A stretch of DNA of 37,450 nucleotides from assembly GCA_049975265.1 (NCBI GenBank), contig JBNGDF010000024.1:1-37450 (forward strand). Reading direction: 5' to 3'. Made by a program: the position numbers and the translations under genes. The notes under the pieces are model-generated. The model was given only the letters and a program-made list of their open reading frames with translations. It did no database searches and was not told the origin of the DNA. Source of the DNA: Fidelibacterota bacterium (lineage in GTDB: Bacteria > Fidelibacterota > UBA2242). Of the stretch, positions 1-8,768 are shown in pieces. How positions within the stretch are numbered: position 1 is the first letter of the stretch; each line of letters begins with the position of its first letter.

Positions 1-74
1 CATATTTATCAGTCGGTTACATTAACACTATCTGCAATTTTCAGGGGGTGGTCAGCCATTTTGAATCGTCCGGT

Positions 75-491
75 TTATTCACCGATAACCTTAATTAAAT
101 ATCGCTTTGGTCGTTTGCCGTCGAACTCTCCATAGAAAATCTGTTCCCAGGGACCGAAATCCAGCCGACCGTCGGTAACGGCTACAACTACCTCCCGTCC
201 CATAATTTGCCGTTTCAGGTGGGCGTCTGCATTGTCTTCAAAACCGTTATGATGATACTGGGAATACGGTTTCTCGGGTGCCAGTTTTTCCAACCAAATC
301 TCATAATCCCGATGAAGTCCGGGTTCGTCATCATTGATAAATACACTGGCGGTAATATGCATTGCATTAACCAGACAGAGCCCCTCCTGAATACCACTCT
401 CCCGAACGACCTCCGCTACCTCCGGCGTGATGTTGATAAACATCCGGCGTTTTGGGACATGCACTGTTTTGTATCTAGTTAATGATTTCAT
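75..491 (-). CDS. yjbQ: YjbQ/UPF0047 family protein (secondary thiamine-phosphate synthase-like)
   Basis: 138 aa; family motifs HITAS, NADAHLK and [13 protein letters not shown]. Confidence 0.9.
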   Translation of the reverse strand: MKSLTRYKTVHVPKRRMFINITPEVAEVVRESGIQEGLCLVNAMHITASVFINDDEPGLHRDYEIWLEKLAPEKPYSQYHHNGFEDNADAHLKRQIMGREVVVAVTDGRLDFGPWEQIFYGEFDGKRPKRYLIKVIGE

Positions 492-527
492 GGTTACCCT
501 TTTCTAAGAATTTACAACCGTCGGGAA

Positions 528-564
528 AGTTAAAATAGCCCCGCAACAAATACGAGGCTATTTT
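528..564 (-). terminator. Intrinsic terminator closing the fumarase-hdr-mvh-frd-malic enzyme operon
   Basis: Minus-strand RNA stem AGCCUCGUA/UGCGGGGCU (9 bp with 2 G-U pairs, extendable by AAAAU/AUUUU), loop UUUGU, then AUUUUAACUUU; about 20 nt after the malic enzyme stop. The G-U pairs only form on the minus strand. Confidence 0.8.
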
Positions 565-584
565 CAGTAAATTTAAGTAGGTGA

Positions 585-2039
585 TTAACTCACCTGGTCA
601 ATCGCCCATTTCAGTGCATCCTGCAGTAAGCTATTCGGCGGCTCCTTGATATAGCCCTCTTCGATCAACGTTTTAGCCATTGTACGGGAATATTCGATAT
701 CCCGCTTTGCCCATTCGAACGCCTCGTCCCGGGTGATGATTTTACGCGCCACACCATCTTTGATCGCCTGCATGGCGACATCGGCTGATTCCGTCGGGAA
801 TACCGTGGCTTCATCCATTGTTGGTACTATATTATCCGGATTAATACCTCGGGCCTCAGCATAATCAGCCAGTGAATTCGCGGCTGCAATGGCCATCTCA
901 TCGGTGACCTTTCTGGCTCTGACCATCAGAGCGCCTTTCAGAATACCGGGAAATCCCAGTGAATTATTGACCTGATTCGGAAAATCGCCTCGTCCTGTGG
1001 CGACGATATATGCGCCGGCTTCTTTCGCCGCATATGGGTATATTTCAGGTACGGGATTGGCACAAGTGAACACTATCGGTTTTGTGCCCATCAATTTAAT
1101 GGAAGCCGGTTTGACAGTATCCGGTCCTGGTTTCGATAAAGCGATCAATACGTCAGCACCTTTCATAGCAGTATCGAAATCCTGGATTTTTTTCGGATTA
1201 GTTGTTTCACACAATTTCCAGGTTCCATGATACATCGGATTTTGCTGAAAATCCCGACGGTCTCTATCCAGTGCACCATTTACATCAAACATGATTACAT
1301 TGGCTGGATCGGCGCCGGCGGCGATACTGATCCGTGCTACGGATGTATTGGCTGCTCCGGCACCCAGCATCACGATGCGTATTTCTTCAATTTTTTTATT
1401 TACCAATTTTAATGCATTAATCAGTCCGGCCAGTGTCACGCAGGCAGTGCCTTGAGCATCATCGTGCCAGACAGGAATATCACATTCTTCCCGTAACGTA
1501 TCGAGAACTTTAAAACAATTGGGTTGTGATATATCTTCGAGGTTAATCGCACCAAAACTATGCTGACACATTTTGACGAAATCGATAATCTTCTGCGGAT
1601 CGTTTTTCCCGTTTTCATCTTTGCTGTCGACGCATAGTGCCACCGCGTCGACGCCGCCGAGATATTTCATCAGAAATGCCTTCCCCTCCATGACCCCCAA
1701 ACCACCGGGCGGCGTAACGTCACCATCACCCAGAACCCGGGTGGAATCGCTGACGACACCCACCAGATTTCCCCGGTTTGTCAGCTCAAAGGAAACATCG
1801 TTGTTATCCCGGATGGTGGTGGAGATTTTCGAAACACCCGGCGTATACCAGACATTGAACCAGTTGAAGCCGAACACGCCGGCTTTGGGAGCAGTCTGGA
1901 TTTTCCCGCCGTAAAAACGATGGGCATCTTCCGCCAGTTTTTTCAAAAACAGCGTCTTCGCTTTGGCAATCTGCTCCTGGGTGAATTTGTCGGGAAAGAC
2001 TTCGTTCAGGTTTTTTAGGTCAAGACTAATCTCTTTCAT
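585..2039 (-). CDS. NAD(P)-dependent malic enzyme
   Basis: Motifs YTPGV, DSTRVLGDGD, VMEGKA, NLEDI, HDDAQGTA, GAGAA and TGRGDFPNQVNN; ATG at 2039 preceded by GAGGAG (the track starts at TTG 2042); no PTA fusion. Confidence 0.92.
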   Translation of the reverse strand: MKEISLDLKNLNEVFPDKFTQEQIAKAKTLFLKKLAEDAHRFYGGKIQTAPKAGVFGFNWFNVWYTPGVSKISTTIRDNNDVSFELTNRGNLVGVVSDSTRVLGDGDVTPPGGLGVMEGKAFLMKYLGGVDAVALCVDSKDENGKNDPQKIIDFVKMCQHSFGAINLEDISQPNCFKVLDTLREECDIPVWHDDAQGTACVTLAGLINALKLVNKKIEEIRIVMLGAGAANTSVARISIAAGADPANVIMFDVNGALDRDRRDFQQNPMYHGTWKLCETTNPKKIQDFDTAMKGADVLIALSKPGPDTVKPASIKLMGTKPIVFTCANPVPEIYPYAAKEAGAYIVATGRGDFPNQVNNSLGFPGILKGALMVRARKVTDEMAIAAANSLADYAEARGINPDNIVPTMDEATVFPTESADVAMQAIKDGVARKIITRDEAFEWAKRDIEYSRTMAKTLIEEGYIKEPPNSLLQDALKWAIDQVS

Positions 2040-2073
2040 CAAAAATTCTCCTCACTATTGATTAATTAAATCT

Positions 2074-3747
2074 TTAAACCAGCGTTCCGAAATATTCAGT
2101 GGTTTTTTGCTTATATTTGACATGATCGGGAATATAATCGGGCAGCACGATGGGAGCGATTTTTTTTCCGGGAATACCCAATGCCTTTACCTCTTTGCTG
2201 TAATCATAGACATGCTGCATCGTCAATTTGCCGAATTGGACGCCCCGCTTTACCCGTTCCGCAGCCCAATAGCCACTCCGCCGACCAAATACGATCAGGT
2301 CCAGCTGCGAATTGCCCATCAGGCGGTTGCGTCCGTGGATACCGCCAGCGGCTTCACCAGCAACATATAATCCGGGAATTCGGGTTTCACCCTTATCGTC
2401 AATTTCGATTCCGCCATTCTGATAATGCAAAGTCGGGTAGACCAGCATGGGATATTTCACGATATCAATATCGAAGCGCTTATATTGCCGCAGCATCGCT
2501 GGTAAATATTTCTGGATTGCGCCGGCACCATTGATCAAATCAATCAGCGGCGTATCCAGCCAGATGCCTACTTTGCCGGTCGGCGTTTTGACCCCCTTGC
2601 CCCGCTCCGTACATTCACGGATGAATGCTGCCGCCTCGATATCCCGGGGTTCCAGCGGATAGACAAAGAGTTCACCGTCATAATTCACTGGTTGAGCACC
2701 CATAGACCGGATTTTTTCCGTACAGAGAAATCCCAGAATCTGTTCCGGGAAAACTGCTCCTGTAGGATGGTACTGAACCGAATCCATGAACAACAGATTG
2801 GCGCCGGCGCGATAAGCAATTACCAAACCATCTGCCGTTGCACCGTAATGATTCGTCGTCTCAAAGTCGCGGATATGCAGTCGCCCAAACCCGCCGGTGG
2901 CGATGATAATTGATGCCGCCTTGATAACGATATACTGCTTGGTTTCAAGATGGTAACCAATGGCTCCGACAGCCTGCCCTTTATTATCAAGGATTAATTC
3001 GATGATTGATGTGAATTCCAGAAATTTTATCTTCGCAGGCATGTTATACACTTCATCCCGCAATACCCGGCAGATTCCGGCGCCGGTATAATCACGGGCT
3101 GAGTGCATCCGATTGCGACAGGTCCCGCCCCCCGATTTGACCATCATGGAACCGTCTTCATTTTTATCGAACATGACGCCCAGCTCTTCCAGCCATTTGA
3201 TCGCTTCGGGACCGTCGTTGACCAGTGCCTTGACCAGGTCTGGTTTATTGTCAAAATGACCGCCGCCGATTACATCGAGATAGTGCAGAACCGGCGAATC
3301 GTCTTTCTGAGTAGCCGCCTGTATCCCGCCCTGCGCCATCATGGAATTGGAATCGCCGAGTCTTAGTTTTGTCGCGATCAGAACATTACAGCCGTTTACG
3401 CCCGCTGTAATTGCCGCCGCCATACCGGCTGAACCGGCTCCAATTACCAAAACATCCGTCACATAGTCGGGATTGTCAAGGTCGAGAATTGCCGGATCAA
3501 TCCGGGAATAGGATTCCAGCAGATTTGCCACCTCGGTGGTTAGCAGTTCGCCTTTGTTTGGACCAACCCGGATTTCCCGGCGCGCATCCTTTCTGTAATC
3601 GGGATGAAAGTTATCCAGCACCTTCTGGCGCTCACTTTCACTCATCGCCGGGAAAACCTGCTTGCCCATTTTCTTCGCCAACTCCAGCCGTTTTGGTCTG
3701 GTTTGTTCAACCATTTTAATCGACTTCATCATATAATCGGGATACAT
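2074..3747 (-). CDS. Soluble fumarate reductase/succinate dehydrogenase-family flavoprotein (FrdA/TfrA-like) with N-terminal extension
   Basis: GAGSAG FAD-binding motif, AQGG, IATGG; dicarboxylate-site motifs QYHPT, TEKIR, PRD, HYQNGG and HGRNRLMGNS; AAGGAG RBS. Confidence 0.85.
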   Translation of the reverse strand: MYPDYMMKSIKMVEQTRPKRLELAKKMGKQVFPAMSESERQKVLDNFHPDYRKDARREIRVGPNKGELLTTEVANLLESYSRIDPAILDLDNPDYVTDVLVIGAGSAGMAAAITAGVNGCNVLIATKLRLGDSNSMMAQGGIQAATQKDDSPVLHYLDVIGGGHFDNKPDLVKALVNDGPEAIKWLEELGVMFDKNEDGSMMVKSGGGTCRNRMHSARDYTGAGICRVLRDEVYNMPAKIKFLEFTSIIELILDNKGQAVGAIGYHLETKQYIVIKAASIIIATGGFGRLHIRDFETTNHYGATADGLVIAYRAGANLLFMDSVQYHPTGAVFPEQILGFLCTEKIRSMGAQPVNYDGELFVYPLEPRDIEAAAFIRECTERGKGVKTPTGKVGIWLDTPLIDLINGAGAIQKYLPAMLRQYKRFDIDIVKYPMLVYPTLHYQNGGIEIDDKGETRIPGLYVAGEAAGGIHGRNRLMGNSQLDLIVFGRRSGYWAAERVKRGVQFGKLTMQHVYDYSKEVKALGIPGKKIAPIVLPDYIPDHVKYKQKTTEYFGTLV

Positions 3748-3760
3748 CTTCGCTCCTTTT

Positions 3761-3793
3761 TAGTATTGAGTTTTGAGATTTGAGTATTTAGAT
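3761..3793. repeat. Degenerate heptamer tandem array, left arm of an inverted repeat flanking the four-helix-bundle gene
   Basis: TATTGAG TTTTGAG ATTTGAG TATTTAG at 3764-3791. Confidence 0.8.
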
Positions 3794-3802
3794 AATTTTT
3801 AG

Positions 3803-4156
3803 TCATTTTTTAAGTTTTTGAATTAATCCATATAACATTTTCTGAATCTCATGAATTGCAATTGAGACTTCTTCAAATTTTTCAGATGAAATAAAGCCTA
3901 GATCCGACGATAAAATAATCTGTGTTTCTAATTCACAAGACGATGAGTATGCAATATCTAAAAAACGTAAAAAGTCCTTTGATGATGTTTTTCCTGCTCC
4001 CTCTGCAATGTTTGATGGAATGGATATTGCCGACCCCTGAATTTGAGAAATGAGACCATAGGTTTCAGCCTTTGGGAAACCAAAAGTTAATTCATAAACC
4101 ACTTTCACTAACTCTCTGGATTTCTGCCAAACTAATAATTCTTTAAACTGATGCAT
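3803..4156 (-). CDS. Four helix bundle protein (23S rRNA intervening-sequence protein / S23-like family)
   Basis: 117 aa; FKELLVWQKS, FPKAETYGLISQI, SIPSNIAEG and FLDIAYSSSCELETQI are family hallmarks; visibly more AT-rich than its neighbours. Confidence 0.92.
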   Translation of the reverse strand: MHQFKELLVWQKSRELVKVVYELTFGFPKAETYGLISQIQGSAISIPSNIAEGAGKTSSKDFLRFLDIAYSSSCELETQIILSSDLGFISSEKFEEVSIAIHEIQKMLYGLIQKLKK

Positions 4157-4190
4157 ATCTCACTACTCAATCCTCGTTACTCATAATCTA
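4157..4190. repeat. Degenerate heptamer tandem array, right arm of the inverted repeat flanking the four-helix-bundle gene
   Basis: CTCACTA CTCAATC CTCGTTA CTCATAA at 4159-4186; its reverse complement matches 3764-3793 at about 21/30 positions by hand alignment. Confidence 0.75.
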
Positions 4191-4874
4191 TTTTAACTTA
4201 ATCTCTCTTGCATAATACCGTTTGGATTGTTCCTCTCGCGGCATTTCGACAAGTTCATCCAGTTCCTTTTCGTATTTTCCATTCTCAATCTCGACAATCC
4301 GCTCTTCCAACTCCAGGCTTTTTTTATTCAGGTAACGCCCATATAGCCGCTGCGCAAGAGTTGCGGCATTGTACTGGACAATTTCAGCCGGACAGCGCAG
4401 GGCGCACAAACCACAACGAATGCAATCAAAGGAGAGGTCTGCTGCTTTGGCGATGTCGCCGCGCTTGAGTGCCTGCACATAATCCATTACCTTGATCTCC
4501 TGGGGACAGGCTTTTGTACAGGTATTGCAGGCGACACAGCGAAAAACCGTCGGAAAGAGAATCTTGATTGTATCCACGTCGGGGGTCAATTCCTTGATAT
4601 CGTAAACCGGTTTTTCCGCCGGTACAAAGGGAATCTGCGCCAGCATCATCCCATCACTAACCACCGTCTGACAGGCTAAGCCGCCCTTCAACTTATAGTC
4701 GCCCTTTTCCCGATAAACCGTGGCACAGGCGCCGCAAAAGCCCTCCCGGCAGCCAACTCCGCGCTTCATCTGAAATCCGGCGTACTCCATCGCCATAATG
4801 ATGGTCGAGCCTTCCGGTACATCATAGGCTTCACCCATGATGAATACTTTCACCATCTTCTGCTTTTCACTCAT
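4188..4874 (-). CDS. Fumarate reductase-associated iron-sulfur subunit (FrdB/TfrB N-terminal-like; [2Fe-2S] + 2x[4Fe-4S])
   Basis: CREGFCGAC...LACQT ([2Fe-2S]); CVACNTCTKACP and CIRCGLCALRCP (two full ferredoxin motifs); next to the flavoprotein. Confidence 0.82.
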   Translation of the reverse strand: MSEKQKMVKVFIMGEAYDVPEGSTIIMAMEYAGFQMKRGVGCREGFCGACATVYREKGDYKLKGGLACQTVVSDGMMLAQIPFVPAEKPVYDIKELTPDVDTIKILFPTVFRCVACNTCTKACPQEIKVMDYVQALKRGDIAKAADLSFDCIRCGLCALRCPAEIVQYNAATLAQRLYGRYLNKKSLELEERIVEIENGKYEKELDELVEMPREEQSKRYYAREIKLK

Positions 4875-5380
4875 TGATAAGCCTCCTTTAAAGCGTTCAA
4901 TCCCGATCTCATTTCGGAATCTTCGCCAGCTGTCATCTTTTTTATTTGCGCTTTAATATCAATAACTATCCGCCTCTTCTGCCTTTCGATTGCTCCGGAA
5001 AATGATTCTCCAAACGTCTGATTATCCTCAATTTCCACCGCCAGAAAATCAATCCTGTCGGGCACCATGAATCCACACTGACGGGCATATTTTAAAATAG
5101 AAAGAATATCCGTCGAGTGGATACTGAATGGTATATGCCCCTTAAAATCCGCCGCGGAGAAGCGGTGAATCGCACCAACCGGCTTCTTACCGGTGATTAT
5201 GGAATCAATGATGATCACCCGTTCATAGCCGTACATCTGATCCAGCAACCCGAATCCCGAATCCGCCGAAGCGATGACATCCCAGCCGCTGAATGCCGAC
5301 CTTAATTGCCTGGCAATGTAGACCCCGATTCCATCGTCGGTCAGCAGATTGTTGCCCAGCCCTATTATTAATACTTTCAC
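4871..5380 (-). CDS. [NiFe]-hydrogenase maturation endopeptidase (HyaD/HycI family)
   Basis: N-terminal IIGLGNNLLTDDGIG, IIIDS and SIHS motifs; GTG start overlaps the mvhD stop. Confidence 0.9.
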   Translation of the reverse strand: MKVLIIGLGNNLLTDDGIGVYIARQLRSAFSGWDVIASADSGFGLLDQMYGYERVIIIDSIITGKKPVGAIHRFSAADFKGHIPFSIHSTDILSILKYARQCGFMVPDRIDFLAVEIEDNQTFGESFSGAIERQKRRIVIDIKAQIKKMTAGEDSEMRSGLNALKEAYQ

Positions 5381-5784
5381 AACGGTGTATATTGAATCTG
5401 ACCCAATTCTCGAATTTCTTCGGTAAACTCATTCACAATTGCGGCAAAGCGTTTTCCCTCCGCCGCCGAAATCCACTCAAGACGGAGGCGTTCCTCGTTA
5501 ATATTCAGGTCAGTCAGCAGCTTCTTTAACAATTTCACCCGTTTCAGCGTCTGATAATTACCGGTCTGATAGTGACAATCGCCCGGATGGCAACCGCCGA
5601 TCAGAACTCCGTCGGCGCCGTTTCTGAAAGCATCCAGTACATGCTCCGGGTCCACCCGACTGGAACACATCAACCGGATGCCAATCACGTTCGGCTGATA
5701 ACTCAACCGGGATGTTCCCGCCAGATCCGCACCCGCCGAGGTACACCATTTACAAAAAAATGCGACTATCTTTGGTTCGAACAT
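5377..5784 (-). CDS. mvhD: F420-non-reducing hydrogenase delta subunit MvhD ([2Fe-2S])
   Basis: FCKWC...GADLAG...RLMCSSRVDP...GADGVLIGGCHPGDCHY...WISAAEG; all conserved Cys present. Confidence 0.95.
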   Translation of the reverse strand: MFEPKIVAFFCKWCTSAGADLAGTSRLSYQPNVIGIRLMCSSRVDPEHVLDAFRNGADGVLIGGCHPGDCHYQTGNYQTLKRVKLLKKLLTDLNINEERLRLEWISAAEGKRFAAIVNEFTEEIRELGQIQYTPL

Positions 5785-5793
5785 AGGTTACCC

Positions 5794-5842
5794 TTGATAT
5801 TGGAAATTGGAAATTTGAAATTAGAAACTCGCTACTCAGTAT
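5794..5842. repeat. Degenerate heptamer tandem array in the hdrA-mvhD spacer
   Basis: TTGATAT TGGAAAT TGGAAAT TTGAAAT TAGAAAC TCGCTAC TCAGTAT in unbroken 7-nt register. Confidence 0.8.
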
Positions 5843-5925
5843 AGTAGAAATCATAGAATCAAATCATTCCGTTTGACTACTAAAGGCTTTCGTTTTTGGA
5901 CCTCACTGATTTTTCTGATTACCAA

Positions 5926-7878
5926 TCACGTTGTTAAAATCGCCTGGACCATTCTATTCAATTGCTCATCTGTAAAATTACGCTGCTGCGCGGCTCCCGA
6001 CGGGCAGGCAGCCGCACAGGCACCACAGGCTTCACAGAGTACTTCGTTCACTTCGACAATCCCTTTCTCCCGGCTGATCTTACGGGCATCATAGGGACAG
6101 ACCGCCACACACAGACCGCAGCCGGAGCAGAGCTCTTCATTAACACCGGTAATGATCGGATCGTGCAACAGGTATTCGTTGGCAAACAGATTGGTGACCA
6201 TCGCCGCCGCTGCCGCCGCCTGGGCAACGGTATCGGGAATGTCCTTCGGCGCCTGGGCACAACCCGCCAGATAGATGCCGGCACTCAGCGATTCCACCGG
6301 ACGGAGCTTCGGGTGAGCTTCTGTTAAAAAGCTGTTTTGATCGATTGAAATTTTCAACAGTTTCGCCAAATCCTCGATCCCCTTCGAGGGACGAATCGCC
6401 ATTGACAGGACCACCAGATCGGCGCGAATCTCCACATTGCTGCCGCTGAGCGTGTCTATCCCACAGACAACCACCTTATCGCCATCCTGGTATAATTTTG
6501 AAACTTTCCCGCGTAAATACAATACTTTATCCTCTTCCTGAGCGCGTTGATAAAACTCCTCATATCCTTTACCCCCGGCACGTACATCCATATAAAAAAT
6601 ATACGGCTGTCCGTCAGGAACGCGGTGTTTATAGAGCATCGCATGTTTGGTCGTGTACATACAGCAAATCTTTGAACAGTAGGGAAAATGATGCTCCGGG
6701 TCCCGGGAGCCCACACATTTGATAAACACAATCTCTCTGGGAATTTTCCCGTCCGAGAGTCGGCGTACCTCTCCGCCGGTGGGACCCGATGAAGAGAGCA
6801 GCCGTTCAAAGGTCAGTCCGTCAATGACATCGGGTATTTTGCCGCTGCCGTATTCACCCATATTTATTAACGGATAAACATCGTAACCGGTGGCAACCAC
6901 GATTGCGCCGACCTCTTCTTCGATATACGAATCCGTTTCCGTAAAATTAATCGCCTCAAAAGGGCAGATCTTCTCACAGACCCGGCATTTTCCCGTTTTG
7001 AAATAGGTACAATTATCGCAATCAATGACCGGTTTATTCGGCACCGCCTGAGGAAAGGGCGTAAAAATAGCTTTACGCTTTCCCAAACCCTGATCGAATT
7101 CCGAAGCTACCTTCTGCGGACATTTCTCGATGCAAAGACCACAGCCGGTGCATTTATCCCAGTCAACATACTTTGCTTTTTGCTTTATTTTTACTTTGAA
7201 ATTGCCGACAAATCCCGAAATATCCGCCAATTCCGAATAGGTCAACAGGCGGATTTGGGGATGCTGGGCGACCTCCACCATCTTCGGTGTCAGGATACAT
7301 TGCGAGCAGTCCAGCGTCGGAAAGGTCTCGGACAGCTGCGCCATGCGTCCCCCGATAGAGGACTGTTTTTCCACCAAAATCACCTCGTAGCCACTGTTGG
7401 CAATGTTCAGCGCGGCTTGAATTCCGGCGATGCCGCCCCCGAGCACCAACGCTTTCCGAACCACCGGTACTTTAATCGGTTCCAGACTCTCGTCCAACAA
7501 AGCTTTCTCCACTACCGATTTGATGATCCTTTTCGCCTTTTCGGTTGCTACCGCCCGATCTTTATGCACCCAACTGCACTGCTCGCGGATGTTGGCAATT
7601 TCACAATTAAAGGGATTCATATCCACGGTCTGAACCGCCAGACGAAAGGTGTTTTCATGCAGGGTGGGAGAACAGGCGGCGATTACAACAGCATCCAACT
7701 TTTCCGACTTGATTTTCTTTTTCACCAGATTCTGACCCGGATCAGAGCACATGTATTTATAATCCTGAATGTAGGCAATGCCCGGATAATCACGCAGGTC
7801 TTCTACGACTTTGGCAACATCCACCGTCGCGGCTATGTTAATCCCGCAGTGGCAGACAAAGACGCCGACTCTCTTCAT
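5926..7878 (-). CDS. hdrA: Heterodisulfide reductase subunit A (canonical length, 650 aa)
   Basis: VGVFVCHCGINIA, NIREQCSWVH, GGGIAG, TFPTLDCSQC, inserted ferredoxin domain, FERL, CVGSRD, CSKICCMYTTK, EAHPKLRPV, GCAQAPKDI, C-terminal 2x[4Fe-4S]. Confidence 0.96.
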   Translation of the reverse strand: MKRVGVFVCHCGINIAATVDVAKVVEDLRDYPGIAYIQDYKYMCSDPGQNLVKKKIKSEKLDAVVIAACSPTLHENTFRLAVQTVDMNPFNCEIANIREQCSWVHKDRAVATEKAKRIIKSVVEKALLDESLEPIKVPVVRKALVLGGGIAGIQAALNIANSGYEVILVEKQSSIGGRMAQLSETFPTLDCSQCILTPKMVEVAQHPQIRLLTYSELADISGFVGNFKVKIKQKAKYVDWDKCTGCGLCIEKCPQKVASEFDQGLGKRKAIFTPFPQAVPNKPVIDCDNCTYFKTGKCRVCEKICPFEAINFTETDSYIEEEVGAIVVATGYDVYPLINMGEYGSGKIPDVIDGLTFERLLSSSGPTGGEVRRLSDGKIPREIVFIKCVGSRDPEHHFPYCSKICCMYTTKHAMLYKHRVPDGQPYIFYMDVRAGGKGYEEFYQRAQEEDKVLYLRGKVSKLYQDGDKVVVCGIDTLSGSNVEIRADLVVLSMAIRPSKGIEDLAKLLKISIDQNSFLTEAHPKLRPVESLSAGIYLAGCAQAPKDIPDTVAQAAAAAAMVTNLFANEYLLHDPIITGVNEELCSGCGLCVAVCPYDARKISREKGIVEVNEVLCEACGACAAACPSGAAQQRNFTDEQLNRMVQAILTT

Positions 7879-8765
7879 AACAGCCCTTTCCTTTTTAAGA
7901 CCAGTCGGGGGTCAATGGCGTGCAGCTGAAAATCATGGAGGTTCGGCTTCAATCCCATCAGCAGTGCCAGCAGCTGGGTAAAATAGAGCACCGGAACAGT
8001 CTGAAACGAGGCATCTGCTTTCCGAATATCCCGCTGCACCTCATCCAGATTGTAATAACAAAGCGGACAGAGTGTAACCATCAGATCGGCACCATTTTTC
8101 ACAGCAGAACCAACGATTTTCCGGGCTCGCTCCCTGACAATTTCAGGTTCGTTGACAATCTGGTAGGAACCGCAGCAGTCCGTCCTGAAGGGGAAATAGA
8201 CGTTTTCACACCCGGCATGGGCTAAAATTTCCTCCATAATCACCGGATCATCGGGCGAATCAATGGCGATTTCCCGGGGTCGAAGCAGCATGCAGCCGTA
8301 GTAGGAAGCGACTTTCAGATTGACATCTTTTTTAATAATGGCAGCCTTTAATTTATCCAGACCGATCTGCCTGATCAGTGTCAAAATATCAATTACCTCG
8401 ACTTCATCACCATAAAATTGGGTATTCTCAAGGTCCATAAACTGATGAATCGTATCCCGTTTTTCCGCATCATTTTTAATGAATTCAATCGCTCGTTTCA
8501 GGGTATTGAAGCACATGGTGCAGAGCGCCAGCAGCTGCCGCCTGCCGCTCTCTTTGGCTTTCACCAACGTCCTGACGGGAGCGACTTGCTGCATCAGATT
8601 GTCCTGGCTCTGGGAAAAACAGACGCCGCAGCAGTACCAGTCTTCCAGCTCCGTCACGGATACACCCAGGCGTTCCAGGACCGCCAGTGCCGAGGTCTCA
8701 AAATTTTTAGCATTGGATTTCAAAGTACATCCCGGGTAGTAGGATAGTTCCATCGGCTTCTCCAT
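7875..8765 (-). CDS. hdrB: Heterodisulfide reductase subunit B (two CCG domains)
   Basis: YPGC...CCG...CTMC and YGC...CCG...CPLC; all 10 CCG-domain cysteines present. Confidence 0.93.
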   Translation of the reverse strand: MEKPMELSYYPGCTLKSNAKNFETSALAVLERLGVSVTELEDWYCCGVCFSQSQDNLMQQVAPVRTLVKAKESGRRQLLALCTMCFNTLKRAIEFIKNDAEKRDTIHQFMDLENTQFYGDEVEVIDILTLIRQIGLDKLKAAIIKKDVNLKVASYYGCMLLRPREIAIDSPDDPVIMEEILAHAGCENVYFPFRTDCCGSYQIVNEPEIVRERARKIVGSAVKNGADLMVTLCPLCYYNLDEVQRDIRKADASFQTVPVLYFTQLLALLMGLKPNLHDFQLHAIDPRLVLKRKGLL

Positions 8766-8768
8766 GAC

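Noticed and set aside
1..74. Possible start codon (CAT at 1-3) of a further minus-strand gene
   Set aside because: Only three bases would be in the window, so it cannot be supported
2074..3747. L-aspartate oxidase NadB or APS reductase AprA
   Set aside because: No EGGH motif or nadA/nadC neighbours; fumarate-site residues are intact and it is paired with an FrdB-like gene, fumarase and malic enzyme
3803..4156. Diversity-generating retroelement (Avd-like protein)
   Set aside because: No reverse transcriptase or TR/VR repeat pair in the window; the motifs fit the stand-alone four-helix-bundle family
5794..5842. CRISPR array
   Set aside because: Units are 7 nt with no spacers, and there are no cas genes
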